Assembly: GCA_963666985.2 (NCBI GenBank)
Contig: CAXXIA010000001.1
Span: 1,056,001 to 1,120,000 of the forward strand
Reading direction: 5' to 3'
DNA: 64,000 nt
DNA from: Spirochaetia bacterium
GTDB taxonomy: Bacteria; Spirochaetota; Spirochaetia; DSM-2461
Position numbers and translations under genes: made by a program. The notes beneath the pieces are model-generated. The model made no database searches and was not told the origin of the DNA. It saw nothing but the letters and a program-made list of their open reading frames with translations. Below are positions 50,669 to 60,623 of this stretch, in pieces (position 1 is the stretch's first letter; every line of letters starts with the position of its first letter).

Positions 50669-51607
50669 ATGATACATATCCCTTTGGACATAGCACCGGA
50701 GGTAGCCGACGCCAGAAGCGAGCATAGGCCGGTCCTCGCTCTCGAATCAACCATCATTTCACATGGAATGCCGTATCCGGAGAACGTGGAAACAGCTTAC
50801 CGGGTTGAAGAAATAGCGCGTCAGGAGGGAGCCGTTCCCGCCACCATCGCGATTTTGGACGGACGCTTGAAAGCCGGCTTAACACCGGAAGAAATCGACA
50901 GACTGGGGCAAGTCGGACCGAAAATCGCAAAAGCAAGCCGACGCGACATACCCATTCTTGTGGCTTCCAACGAAAACGGCGCCACAACCGTTGCCGCGAC
51001 CATGATTATCGCGGCCCTGGCCGGCATTCACGTTTTTGCGACCGGCGGCCTCGGCGGTGTTCATCGAAACGCATCCGAAACATTTGATATTTCCGCGGAC
51101 TTGGAAGAGCTCAGCCGAACGGAAGTGGCCGTTATTTGTTCCGGTGTAAAATCAATTCTGGATATCGGACTGACGTGTGAATACTTGGAAACAAACGGGG
51201 TGCCCATTCTCGGATATAAAACTTCATCCCTTCCGGCTTTCTACAATAGAGACAGCGGATTTCCCGTAGATCGGCAGATCGATGAAGTCGCGGAAGTAGC
51301 GCGAATCATGATGGCCCAATGGACATTGGGCCTGGGCGGGGGCTTAATCGTCGCAAACCCTATTCCGGAAGAAATGTCCATGGAAAAAACGGTTATCGAT
51401 ACCGCAATAGAAGAAGCCCTCTCAGAGGCGGAAAAAAAAGGCGTTACGGGTAAAGAAGTCACTCCGTTTCTGCTGTCGAAGGTTGCGGAAATAACGAAAG
51501 GAGACAGTCTGAAGGCCAATATAGCCCTTGTCCATAACAATGTGCGCTTAGGAGCCCGAATCGCGGTTTCCTATTCGGAGATATCAGCGAACAATTCCCG
51601 GGCATAA
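50669..51607 (+). CDS. psuG: pseudouridine-5'-phosphate glycosidase
   Basis: ALESTIISHGMPYP, GATTVAATM, FATGGLGGVHR, DISADL, GKEVTPFLL. Confidence 0.96.
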   Translation: MIHIPLDIAPEVADARSEHRPVLALESTIISHGMPYPENVETAYRVEEIARQEGAVPATIAILDGRLKAGLTPEEIDRLGQVGPKIAKASRRDIPILVASNENGATTVAATMIIAALAGIHVFATGGLGGVHRNASETFDISADLEELSRTEVAVICSGVKSILDIGLTCEYLETNGVPILGYKTSSLPAFYNRDSGFPVDRQIDEVAEVARIMMAQWTLGLGGGLIVANPIPEEMSMEKTVIDTAIEEALSEAEKKGVTGKEVTPFLLSKVAEITKGDSLKANIALVHNNVRLGARIAVSYSEISANNSRA

Positions 51608-51620
51608 ACCTTGCCGCATA

Positions 51621-51659
51621 AAAAAGGGCTCCCTCATCATTCATGAGGCAGCCCCTTTT
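51621..51659. terminator. probable bidirectional terminator between psuG and the TetR gene
   Basis: AAAAAGGGCTCCCTCAT-CATTC-ATGAGGCAGCCCCTTTT. Confidence 0.6.
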
Positions 51660-51676
51660 CAAAGATTCGATTTCTT

Positions 51677-52225
51677 TTACGCTACGCGATTGGCGATATC
51701 CACCATCATGTAGTTCAGGAAATCACCGGCAAGATCGTCGGATTTGTTCTTTTCCGTACGAAGAATCGTGTTGAGACCGTAAATAATTGCGGAAGCGACC
51801 GGTACGGCGATTTCAGGCCGTCGGCCGTTCTTTACCAGGACATCTTTAATCGTTTTCTTCAAGATGTTGTGAATGTCGTCGGCGACTTTCTGGTAACGAG
51901 TACCGGTACTCCCTCCGAACAGGGTCAGCCATTCGGACTTATGGTCTCTCTGAAGTTCATTAAACTTTTCCAGCAAGTAAGAAAGCTGCGCTTCGGGGTC
52001 TTTCGGAAGATTGGCTTTGAGCGATTTGATCTCATCAAACAATCCGCCGATTATGGCACCGTAAAGATCTTCTTTGTTCTTGTAATACCTATAGAGATTC
52101 CCAACAGTCATGTTGGCGCTTGACGCAATGGACCTCATCGAGGCTTTCTCGAACCCGCATTTCTTGAACTCACGACGGGCAGACTTAATAATCCTCTGCC
52201 GGACTTCTTCTTTTAAGACTTGCAT
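51677..52225 (-). CDS. TetR/AcrR family regulator
   Basis: MQVLKEEVRQRII...GFEKASMRSIA...VGNLYRYYKNKEDL. Confidence 0.92.
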   Translation of the reverse strand: MQVLKEEVRQRIIKSARREFKKCGFEKASMRSIASSANMTVGNLYRYYKNKEDLYGAIIGGLFDEIKSLKANLPKDPEAQLSYLLEKFNELQRDHKSEWLTLFGGSTGTRYQKVADDIHNILKKTIKDVLVKNGRRPEIAVPVASAIIYGLNTILRTEKNKSDDLAGDFLNYMMVDIANRVA

Positions 52226-52662
52226 ATCTTTTACCCCCATCTAATTCACTATTTTATATATTTAAACTTAGCATTAGAAAAGAACAATCGTCTAATGGAA
52301 ATGACCAATATTTTTAAAGAAACATCTGTTATCTATATAATCTTCACAAAAAATACACATTCGGCTTCCCCTCCAAAAGCCTTTACGCCGTTTGTTATTC
52401 CCAGCAGCCAACAAACGGCTTTTACTTATTCTTGCCGAAATATGAATGCAAGTTAAGTATTGTTAAATCTAAGTAAGTTTATATTTATATGATCTTTTGA
52501 TCAATAAAAAAACCCTTAATCATATGAAAAGAAAAACTTTTTGTTGTTTTCTTTCAGATCTTCGGATTCCTCCCTAAGAAGAAGAATGAACGCTTTCCAA
52601 CATTCCACGGGGTGGCCGTGCGTTCGGAGGATTTGTATAATTCAACGGCGGTATTTCAAAGC

Positions 52663-53994
52663 ATGACGACTGTATTGGTTTTCGGAACGTTCGACGTTAT
52701 TCATTCCGGACATAAATGGTTTCTCAAAAAAGCCTCCCGTTTGGGAGACCGGCTTATCGCCGTCGTTTCACGGGACGATTTTGTTAAAGAATGGAAAGGC
52801 CGCAGTCCTCTGATGGATGAACGCTCACGAATAAAGGCCCTTCAATCTTCCGGATTGGTGGATGATGCGATACTTTCCGATCGGGAAATCCGGACATACG
52901 GCGTTCTCGAAGAAATCAAGCCTGATATCATCTGCCTTGGTCATGATCAGAAATCCCTTATGGAAGACCTTTTTTCCAAACTGGAAAACGGAGAGATCGA
53001 CTGCGCCCCTCCGAAAATAGAGATTCTCCCGCCCTGGCGGCGCCGTCTGTACAGTTCAACGCGGCTGAACCAGCCCCTTGGAGGCGCCGATCGGAAGGCG
53101 AAAGGAGAATGGGGTCTTATAATCCTGGCCGTTCTTGCCATGACGGCCTTCGGCTTCAGCTGGGTTTCCGGAAAGCGTATCAGCGCACTTACGACACCCC
53201 CGCTCCTCACGTTTTTAAGATTTCTTCTCACCTCAGTCTGTTTCCTACCGTTCTTTTTCTTCAGGAAATCACCCTGTCCGACCGGGAAATCGCTTCTTTT
53301 CGGCATGGCGTGGACCTTCGCGGCATCAATAGCAATAACATCTTACAATCTCCTTTTTTTTCTCGGACTCGGATCGGGGCTTGCGGGAAAAGGCGGTTTG
53401 ATTGTTACAACGCTGAACCCGCTCTTTACGTTCACCATAGCTTCAATCGTATCAAAATCCCGTCCGGGACTATTTTCAATCGCCGCTCTGGTACTCGGGA
53501 TTGCAGGAGGATTTCTCCTTCTGGAACCGTGGGCTTTTACCGTATCCGAGTTCGCCGATTCCTCGAACTTGCTATTCCTCGCGGCGGCGCTCTGCTGGTC
53601 GCTGCTGACTCTAACGGGAAGAAAAGCTCAGTCGTATATGGGATTCGGGCTTTTTAACGCGGGATTATATATTTTTTCTTCTCTGCTGATTCTTCCGTTC
53701 GCCCTCAAAGACATCAGCATGACGCTGATCAGGTCCTTCGACTCTTCGTTCTGGTTTGATTTAGGCTTTATCGCCATAATCGTCGGAGCTTTCGGTACGG
53801 GTGTATATTTCATCGCATCAACTCGCCTCGGAGCCGCGAAAGGAAGCGCGTTCACATATCTTGTACCCGTTTCGGCCCTGATATTCACGGCCGTTCTTCT
53901 GGACGAACGGCCGAAACCGTTTATGCTTCTCGGAGGTCTTCTCGCAATTTCAGCCGTAACGCTCATGAACAAATCGGAAGATAAGCGCCGATAA
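52663..53994 (+). CDS. HxGH cytidylyltransferase-family (RibL/TagD-like) domain fused to an EamA/DMT transporter
   Basis: FGTFDVIHSGH, PDIICLGHDQ, YSST, then about ten TMs with EamA features. Confidence 0.8.
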   Translation: MTTVLVFGTFDVIHSGHKWFLKKASRLGDRLIAVVSRDDFVKEWKGRSPLMDERSRIKALQSSGLVDDAILSDREIRTYGVLEEIKPDIICLGHDQKSLMEDLFSKLENGEIDCAPPKIEILPPWRRRLYSSTRLNQPLGGADRKAKGEWGLIILAVLAMTAFGFSWVSGKRISALTTPPLLTFLRFLLTSVCFLPFFFFRKSPCPTGKSLLFGMAWTFAASIAITSYNLLFFLGLGSGLAGKGGLIVTTLNPLFTFTIASIVSKSRPGLFSIAALVLGIAGGFLLLEPWAFTVSEFADSSNLLFLAAALCWSLLTLTGRKAQSYMGFGLFNAGLYIFSSLLILPFALKDISMTLIRSFDSSFWFDLGFIAIIVGAFGTGVYFIASTRLGAAKGSAFTYLVPVSALIFTAVLLDERPKPFMLLGGLLAISAVTLMNKSEDKRR

Positions 53995-54070
53995 TAAAAC
54001 CGGTAAAATCCCCGAGCTTTAAACGGATTTTCAAACTTTTCGTTCCGCCCGGTGCAGCGTTCTTAAGGCT

Positions 54071-55186
54071 TTATCCTTTTTCGTTCCTTTTATAACCGAC
54101 GATTCTGTTGAACAAGGCCGGTTTCTTTCGAACCGGTTTAACGGGGTTTCCCATGAGCCTTGCCAGAATGGAGAGTTCTTTGGAACGTTCCAAAAGAAGT
54201 CTTATGGTTACCATGAGCGGTACGGAGAGCAGCATTCCGGGGATTCCCCAGATATACCCCCAGAAAAGAAGTCCGAAAATCACGGTGACCGTATTCAAGC
54301 GCAGCCTGCTTCCCATAACCATCGGATCGATGATGCTCCCGATAAGAAACTGTGATACTCCCAACAAAATTCCCAAGGCAATAATAAGTCCGACTTTGTC
54401 GAACTGAATAACCGCCATGAACAGCGGCAGAACGACGGCGACGAGTGAACCGATGGAAGGAATATAATTCAGCAGAAAGGCCATGAAGCCCCAGAACAAC
54501 GCAAACCGAAGCCCGAAGAACATACAGAGAAGTCCCGTGATGATTCCGGTGACCAAACTGATGATTGTTTTGATGCTCATATACGCCGAAATACTCTCCT
54601 GCGTTATATCCCATATCTCGCGGGTGCTTTCGCCGGATGATTCCTCATTATTCCCCGTTACATAATCCACATAGGCACGGTATCGTGTCGCGCCGGAAAG
54701 AAGAATGAGGTAATACAGGAGAAAAAGTACGGAGGAAGATCCGAAACTTCCCAAAGCTCCGAGAAGATTCCCGATAAGAGCCCCAATTCCGGCCGGAGAG
54801 AGAACCTTGTTGAGTTCTTCGTGAACGTATTCCACGTTGAGGCCGGGGATTGTGTTCCCCACCCACAAAATCGCCGCATTCAATTTTTTTACAAATTGCC
54901 GCGCAAGAAAATCTTTCTGCTGAATAAGCTGTTCGACGGTTCCGCTGATCATCCAGAAAACACCCCAGAGGATGGCCAGCGAAAAAACGGCCACCAACAG
55001 TGTAATGATGAATTTCGGGATTTTCCCTTTATTCAGAAAATTGACCATGGGAAGATTCAGAATCGTCAGAAGACCCGCCAGCGTTAAAGGAAGAAGGAGT
55101 CCCGATAATTCTTTCAGGACAGCGAAAATAACGATGATAAGGAGAATAAGAAGAATATTTCTGATTCCTTTTGTATGATCGGTCAT
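54071..55186 (-). CDS. AI-2E family transporter
   Basis: AFLLNYIPSIGS, DPMVMG..L.LN, FWGYIWGIPGMLLSVP. Confidence 0.9.
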   Translation of the reverse strand: MTDHTKGIRNILLILLIIVIFAVLKELSGLLLPLTLAGLLTILNLPMVNFLNKGKIPKFIITLLVAVFSLAILWGVFWMISGTVEQLIQQKDFLARQFVKKLNAAILWVGNTIPGLNVEYVHEELNKVLSPAGIGALIGNLLGALGSFGSSSVLFLLYYLILLSGATRYRAYVDYVTGNNEESSGESTREIWDITQESISAYMSIKTIISLVTGIITGLLCMFFGLRFALFWGFMAFLLNYIPSIGSLVAVVLPLFMAVIQFDKVGLIIALGILLGVSQFLIGSIIDPMVMGSRLRLNTVTVIFGLLFWGYIWGIPGMLLSVPLMVTIRLLLERSKELSILARLMGNPVKPVRKKPALFNRIVGYKRNEKG

Positions 55187-55230
55187 ATCAACTCCCGAAT
55201 ACGGATCTTTTCCTACAGGATGCAGAACTG

Positions 55231-55258
55231 AAAAGCCCGGTTTCATCCGGGCCTTTTT
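55231..55258 (-). terminator. intrinsic terminator after pstB
   Basis: GCCCGG-ATGAAA-CCGGGC-TTTT on the minus strand. Confidence 0.7.
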
Positions 55259-55315
55259 AAGTAAAAAATATTATATCGGGAAAATCGGGCAAATTAAATT
55301 GCCGTTCGCTGAGAA

Positions 55316-56077
55316 TCAGCCGAAACGTCCGTGAATGTAATCGGCGGTTTGCTTCATCTTGGGATCGTTAAAGATCTGATGCGTCTCACCGAACTCAATC
55401 AGCTCTCCGAGAAGAAAGAATGCGGTTTTGTCGCTGACTCGGGCCGCCTGGTGCATGGCATGTGTAACGATGACAATCGTGTAATCCTTCTTCAATTCTT
55501 CCATGAGTTCTTCGATTTTCTGCGTTGCAATGGGATCCAAGGCACTGGTTGGTTCGTCCATAAGGATGACTTCAGGCTCCATCGCGATGGCCCGCGCGAT
55601 GCAGAGACGCTGCTGCTGACCGCCGGATAACCCCAAAGCCGTCTTCTTCAATCGATCCTTCACTTCATCCCAGAGGGCGGCTTTGATAAGGGAACTCTCA
55701 ACGATTTCGTGAAGCTTCGCCTTATCGTGCAGTCCCTGCATCTTAGGACCGTAGGCCACATTGTCGAAAATGCTCATCGGGAAGGGATTGGGTTTCTGAA
55801 AAACCATCCCGACCCGCGTTCTGAGCTCGGTAACGTCCATGTCGCCCATGATGTCGTCGCCGTCTATGGAGATTTCACCCTCCCATCGGCAAATATCGAT
55901 AAGATCGTTCATCCTGTTCAGATTCCGGAGAAACGTCGACTTCCCGCAGCCCGAAGGTCCGATACAGGCGACGACTTCACCCGTATTGACTGTCATATTA
56001 ATTTTTTTTAGAGCCTGAAAGTCTCCATACCAGAGATCCAGATCCTTAATGACGAATTTCGCTTGATTATCGCTCAT
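55316..56077 (-). CDS. pstB: phosphate ABC transporter ATPase
   Basis: [46 protein letters not shown]. Confidence 0.97.
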   Translation of the reverse strand: MSDNQAKFVIKDLDLWYGDFQALKKINMTVNTGEVVACIGPSGCGKSTFLRNLNRMNDLIDICRWEGEISIDGDDIMGDMDVTELRTRVGMVFQKPNPFPMSIFDNVAYGPKMQGLHDKAKLHEIVESSLIKAALWDEVKDRLKKTALGLSGGQQQRLCIARAIAMEPEVILMDEPTSALDPIATQKIEELMEELKKDYTIVIVTHAMHQAARVSDKTAFFLLGELIEFGETHQIFNDPKMKQTADYIHGRFG

Positions 56078-56925
56078 ATGACGCTCCCCATGCGCTGTTC
56101 ATATTTCCGGGTCATTGTCCGGGTTATGGTATTAATAATGATGACGAAGACCACGAGGATGGTGGCCGTCGCAAAGGCCTGCTGAAACGATGATTCGTCG
56201 ATCGCCTCTTTGGTTAAGTAATACAAATGGATGGTTAACGTTCGTCCGGAATCCATAATGGATTTGGGCACGTTTTTGGCAATTCCAACGGTTAATAAAA
56301 CGGGAGCCGATTCTCCGACCACCCGGCCTATGGCCAGAATCACCGCGGTGATTATTCCCGGCATGGCGCTGGGAAGAACAACCTTCCGGATTGTCTGAAT
56401 TTTTGTTGTTCCCAAAGCCAGAGAACCTTCGCGAAAAGACATGGGAACCGTTTTCAGTGCTTCTTCCGTTGATGTTATGACAACCGGCAGAATCATGATG
56501 CTGAGAGTAAAAGCACCCGCGATAATCGACTGTCCGAAGCCGAAGAAACGGCAGAACACCAGCAGTCCGAAAAGACCGAAGATAATGGAAGGAATACCCG
56601 CCAGGGTTTCAATGGCCAAGCGAAGCGCTCGGATGAGTTTCGGATTTTTCGCATACTCATTCAGATACACAGCCGTGATAATCCCAATGGGCAAAGCCAC
56701 GACAAGAGAAACAATAACAACGTAAATGGTTGTTAAAAGCATCGGCCAAACGCCTACGTGCCAATCCGGAGATGTAATGAATTCCCAGGTGAGTCCGGGA
56801 ATACCTTTAATAACGATAAAGGCGATGATGAATCCCAAAATCGCCAGTATGAAAAAGGTCGCCGTCGCCATCAGCGCATAAAGTGCGCCGTCTTTAGCTT
56901 TTCGCGACTTAATATTGCCTCTCAT
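56074..56925 (-). CDS. pstA: phosphate ABC transporter permease PstA
   Basis: [29 protein letters not shown]. Confidence 0.95.
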   Translation of the reverse strand: MRGNIKSRKAKDGALYALMATATFFILAILGFIIAFIVIKGIPGLTWEFITSPDWHVGVWPMLLTTIYVVIVSLVVALPIGIITAVYLNEYAKNPKLIRALRLAIETLAGIPSIIFGLFGLLVFCRFFGFGQSIIAGAFTLSIMILPVVITSTEEALKTVPMSFREGSLALGTTKIQTIRKVVLPSAMPGIITAVILAIGRVVGESAPVLLTVGIAKNVPKSIMDSGRTLTIHLYYLTKEAIDESSFQQAFATATILVVFVIIINTITRTMTRKYEQRMGSVI

Positions 56926-58136
56926 CAGCTTTCCTCCGTCATATGCTTTTTCAAGACCAAAATGACGCTGTTGAGTATGAGAATCATAATAAACAGCACG
57001 ATACCGACGGAAAAAAGGATATGGTTTTGCCGTCCCTGCGCATATCCCATTTCCAAAGCGATCGTGGCCGTAAGCGTTCTGATTCCGTCCGAGAGTTTGG
57101 TAGGGATTTGAGGAGAGTTTCCGGCCACCATGATAACGGCCATCGTTTCACCCACGGCGCGGGAAGTCCCCAGTATGATGCTGGCCATGATGCCCGATTT
57201 CGCCGCGGGAAAGACGACTTTCCAGGACGTCTGCATTTTCGTGGCGCCGAGCGCGAGCGAACCCTCTCGATACGCCCTCGGTACGGCCCTTAATGAAGTT
57301 TCGGTTATCGAAATAACCGTCGGCAGCATCATAACGGCCAGAATAAAAATAGCCGCCAAAAGTCCGTTCCCCGCCGGTGCTCCCGACATATTCTTTACCA
57401 GGGGAACAACCATCATCAGTCCGAAAAATCCGTAAACGACCGAGGGGATTCCCGCGAGAAGGTCCACGCCCGCCCGAACATATTTTCCAAGTCCTTTCGG
57501 CACGAACTCGGCCAGATAAACCGCGGTCAGAAGACCCAGCGGAACTCCGATAATAACGGCTCCAAACGTTGAAAGGAGGGTGGCTATCACCATCGTCAGG
57601 ATTCCGTACTGTTTTTTGTAAACCGGATGCCAATCCTTTGCGAAAAGGAATTCCTTAAAGAATTTTGTGGGTCCCTGAGGAATGGCTATAAAAAAACCGC
57701 TTTTTTGTCCCGCAATGGCTCCTTTATAGCTCACTTCATAGACAAATTCCTCGGGATAATCGACTTCCCCGCCGCCCGTTTCGATAATTTTGACTCGATC
57801 GGCGACGATATCTTCGTCCAAATCGATCTTAAACGTCAGTGTGACGGCCTCGCCTTTGTTTCTGAATTCGATATCGCATCCGTCACATTGCCGTTCAAGC
57901 TCTATGTATTTGGCATTACTCGGTAAATCGGCTATACGAACGGTTTCGCCATTCAGCTTGAATTCATCAATGCCGTAAGGAATCAAGTGTGTTGATTTAG
58001 CGGTCCATGTAAAAAATGGAATTGCTCCTTGAGCAAACACGAAGACGATAATGGCAATTAAAGCGAGAACCGACGCAAACGAAACGGCGAGGAAGAAATT
58101 TTTGAAAATTTTATCGATGACTTGTTTTCGTCCCAT
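56925..58136 (-). CDS. pstC: phosphate ABC transporter permease PstC with a large extracytoplasmic insert
   Basis: LLAGIPSVVYG, SRAVGETMAVIMVAGN, RTLTATIALEMG. Confidence 0.94.
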   Translation of the reverse strand: MGRKQVIDKIFKNFFLAVSFASVLALIAIIVFVFAQGAIPFFTWTAKSTHLIPYGIDEFKLNGETVRIADLPSNAKYIELERQCDGCDIEFRNKGEAVTLTFKIDLDEDIVADRVKIIETGGGEVDYPEEFVYEVSYKGAIAGQKSGFFIAIPQGPTKFFKEFLFAKDWHPVYKKQYGILTMVIATLLSTFGAVIIGVPLGLLTAVYLAEFVPKGLGKYVRAGVDLLAGIPSVVYGFFGLMMVVPLVKNMSGAPAGNGLLAAIFILAVMMLPTVISITETSLRAVPRAYREGSLALGATKMQTSWKVVFPAAKSGIMASIILGTSRAVGETMAVIMVAGNSPQIPTKLSDGIRTLTATIALEMGYAQGRQNHILFSVGIVLFIMILILNSVILVLKKHMTEES

Positions 58137-58149
58137 AGCCTATCCATTA

Positions 58150-58177
58150 AGCCGCCCCCTCAAATAAGGGGGCGGCT
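58150..58177. terminator. stem-loop between pstS and pstC
   Basis: AGCCGCCCCCT-CAAATA-AGGGGGCGGCT. Confidence 0.6.
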
Positions 58178-58222
58178 CAGTTTCTTCAATCAAAATGATG
58201 ATTCCCCGTTTTCGGGAAATCT

Positions 58223-59047
58223 TTACTTAGCGGGAACCCACTTGGTAGCGGCGATTTCCTGACCCTCGGGGCTCATAACCCAATCCAGATAAGCCTGTGT
58301 TTGGGGAGCGATTTGGTCGGCACGGTAGATAATGAGAAGAGGACGGGCAATGGGGAAGCTTCCGTTAATAACGTTGGCGACCGTGGGCTCGGCACCTTCC
58401 ACGGAAAGAGCGGAAACGGAACTGTCCACGTAACCGAGGGAGAGATAGCCGATGGCGTCGACATTGCCGGCGACCGCGGCTTTCACACCGCCGTTGCCAT
58501 CAAACTCGGAAGCGCCGGCGACCAGCTGATCTTCATATCCGACAAACTCTTCAAAAGCACCGCGGGTACCGGAACCGGGTTCACGGCTGATAACGGCGAT
58601 GGCGCCGGACTTCTCACCGGATAATTGGCTCCAATCGGTAATTTTTCCGGTAAAGATATCCTTCAGCTGTGCAAGAGTCAGTGCTTTTACGGGATTGGAC
58701 GGATGAACGACCGGAGCGATACCGTCATAAGCGATGGGAAGCTCGTCAAGGCCGAAACCTTTTTCAGCGGTCTTGAGATTGCGGCTGGCCATACCGAGCT
58801 CGCTGGTTCCGGTGTTGGCGGCCTTGATGCCGTCCGAAGATCCGGTGCCGTTGGCATTGATGGTAATCTCGGGGTGAATAGTCTTGTACTTTTCAGCAAG
58901 TTTCTCCATCAGGGGATAAACGGTAGTGGAACCGGACACTTCGATGGTGTACGGCTCGGCCCCGGCGCTTTCTTCGCTGCCGCCGTTGGCAACTGCGGGA
59001 AGAACGGCGAGAGCGGCCAGAAGAACGAAAATAACTGCTTTCTTCAT
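58223..59047 (-). CDS. pstS: phosphate ABC transporter substrate-binding protein
   Basis: GSTTVYP, GTGSSDG, SREPGSGTRGAF, IARPL. Confidence 0.95.
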   Translation of the reverse strand: MKKAVIFVLLAALAVLPAVANGGSEESAGAEPYTIEVSGSTTVYPLMEKLAEKYKTIHPEITINANGTGSSDGIKAANTGTSELGMASRNLKTAEKGFGLDELPIAYDGIAPVVHPSNPVKALTLAQLKDIFTGKITDWSQLSGEKSGAIAVISREPGSGTRGAFEEFVGYEDQLVAGASEFDGNGGVKAAVAGNVDAIGYLSLGYVDSSVSALSVEGAEPTVANVINGSFPIARPLLIIYRADQIAPQTQAYLDWVMSPEGQEIAATKWVPAK

Positions 59048-59117
59048 TTCAGGATTTTCTCCTTTGAATTAGTAAGCCCGCCTGCTGCGGACAATTTCGT
59101 TAATTAAGCTCTCAATC

Positions 59118-59156
59118 TGTTATGGAATTGTATGAGTAGTGTTATTTTTCCGTTAA
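59118..59156 (-). promoter_or_regulatory. Pho box-like array (four hexamers, 11-bp period)
   Basis: Minus strand TTAACG-N5-ATAACA-N5-CATACA-N5-ATAACA upstream of pstS. Confidence 0.7.
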
Positions 59157-59170
59157 GCTTAGCGTTTTAC

Positions 59171-60469
59171 TCATTGAAAATCGAAAATCCAGCGCAGAGA
59201 GACATCCAAACACTCCGTATTTTGCGGACCGTTCTTCCAATCGTTGGTCAGATCATTGAATTCCAGCGAAACTAAAAATACATGAGAATCTTTTTTGATT
59301 TTCCAATCCAGGCCGACATCCGTTCTGAGAAAGCCCTCTCCGCATTCAATCTCGGCATCCGCGCTGATTTTCCATACGGAAGAAGGCGAGTAGGTTACTC
59401 CGAGAGCCGCGGACCAAAGCCCCGTCGGCTTGAATCCCACACCCAGTTCAAAAAAGATCAGGGAAGCATTGTATTCACCCTTCAATTCAACCTGCTTCAA
59501 ATTGAAGAGACCGTCATCTTCCGCTCCCCGTACGGCGAGTGCATTCCAATCGACAGAGGTCTTAATCCTCCACTTCGGGAACCTCCACCCTAAAGAGCAT
59601 CCTCCTTTATCCTCAAAGACGGAAGGAGCCGAGAATCCCGAATCCAGACGGTATTCATAATCGATGCCGAACAAAAGGCCGCTCAACGAAGCATACTTCA
59701 TATCCATTGCGGCTCCCCATGGTCCATGAGTTCGTTCCCCATCGGCATTACGAAAATACGCGGTGGCGAAAAACAATCTCGTTCTCAAACGCCATGGACC
59801 GGATGAATAGCGCATGGAAGCGGCCGCCGCCGAGCCGGGTCTGAAATGGGGAGAGCCCGATGCAAGAACGGTCGCGGAGAAATCCCACTTTTTCGGTCTA
59901 TAGGCGAATCGGCTCGCCGCGAAAAAGAAAAGTCCTCCGCTTCTTCCGGCGCAATCGGGATACCAGGCTTCCTCCATTTCGGAGGATTGAAGCAAAGCGG
60001 CGGAATGAAGAAGTTCCCAGGTCCACTCTCCGCTCGATACGGGAACCGCCCACAGTAAAACAAACTGTTCTTCCGCTCTTTTCTCCCAGACCATTCCAAG
60101 ACGTTCTCCGGGAAGATTCGCGCAGATACCGAACCTCGAATCGGAATAAGAGCGCAAATCGGCTCTGTAGCCGGTTTTCTCTCCGATACGGCCCATGGCG
60201 GAGGCTTCCGGATTTCTCGCTTCGGCGGCAAGTCCCCTATCCCCCAGGTGCCCCGCGATAAGAAACGGCGAATTGAGACCGCCCATGGCCTCAAGAACGC
60301 CGTCGGCTTTTCGCCGGAATGAAACGCCGTAAGAAAAATTTCGTTCCGAATAGATTCCATAACCGCGAATTCCCATGGCACCGTCGAGTCCCGAGGAAGT
60401 TTCCAGAGTTCCCGAAAATGCGGGCAATACGCAAATGATTACTCCGAAAAAAACATATGCGGTTTTCAT
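59171..60469 (-). CDS. hypothetical exported protein, probable outer-membrane beta-barrel
   Basis: Signal peptide; amphipathic strands rich in aromatic residues; ends SLRWIFDFQ. Confidence 0.6.
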   Translation of the reverse strand: MKTAYVFFGVIICVLPAFSGTLETSSGLDGAMGIRGYGIYSERNFSYGVSFRRKADGVLEAMGGLNSPFLIAGHLGDRGLAAEARNPEASAMGRIGEKTGYRADLRSYSDSRFGICANLPGERLGMVWEKRAEEQFVLLWAVPVSSGEWTWELLHSAALLQSSEMEEAWYPDCAGRSGGLFFFAASRFAYRPKKWDFSATVLASGSPHFRPGSAAAASMRYSSGPWRLRTRLFFATAYFRNADGERTHGPWGAAMDMKYASLSGLLFGIDYEYRLDSGFSAPSVFEDKGGCSLGWRFPKWRIKTSVDWNALAVRGAEDDGLFNLKQVELKGEYNASLIFFELGVGFKPTGLWSAALGVTYSPSSVWKISADAEIECGEGFLRTDVGLDWKIKKDSHVFLVSLEFNDLTNDWKNGPQNTECLDVSLRWIFDFQ

Positions 60470-60623
60470 AAACCCTATGACCGTTTTCGAATCGGATTCC
60501 CTTCAATTTGTTCTTCGGGAATCCTTCTATTGCGTCCTGGTCCTCGATTATGAGAAAATATTGTTATTCTTATCGGCGGCGGCTCAATGAACGGCCCCCG
60601 CTCTTTGCTTTCGGAGGCATTTT

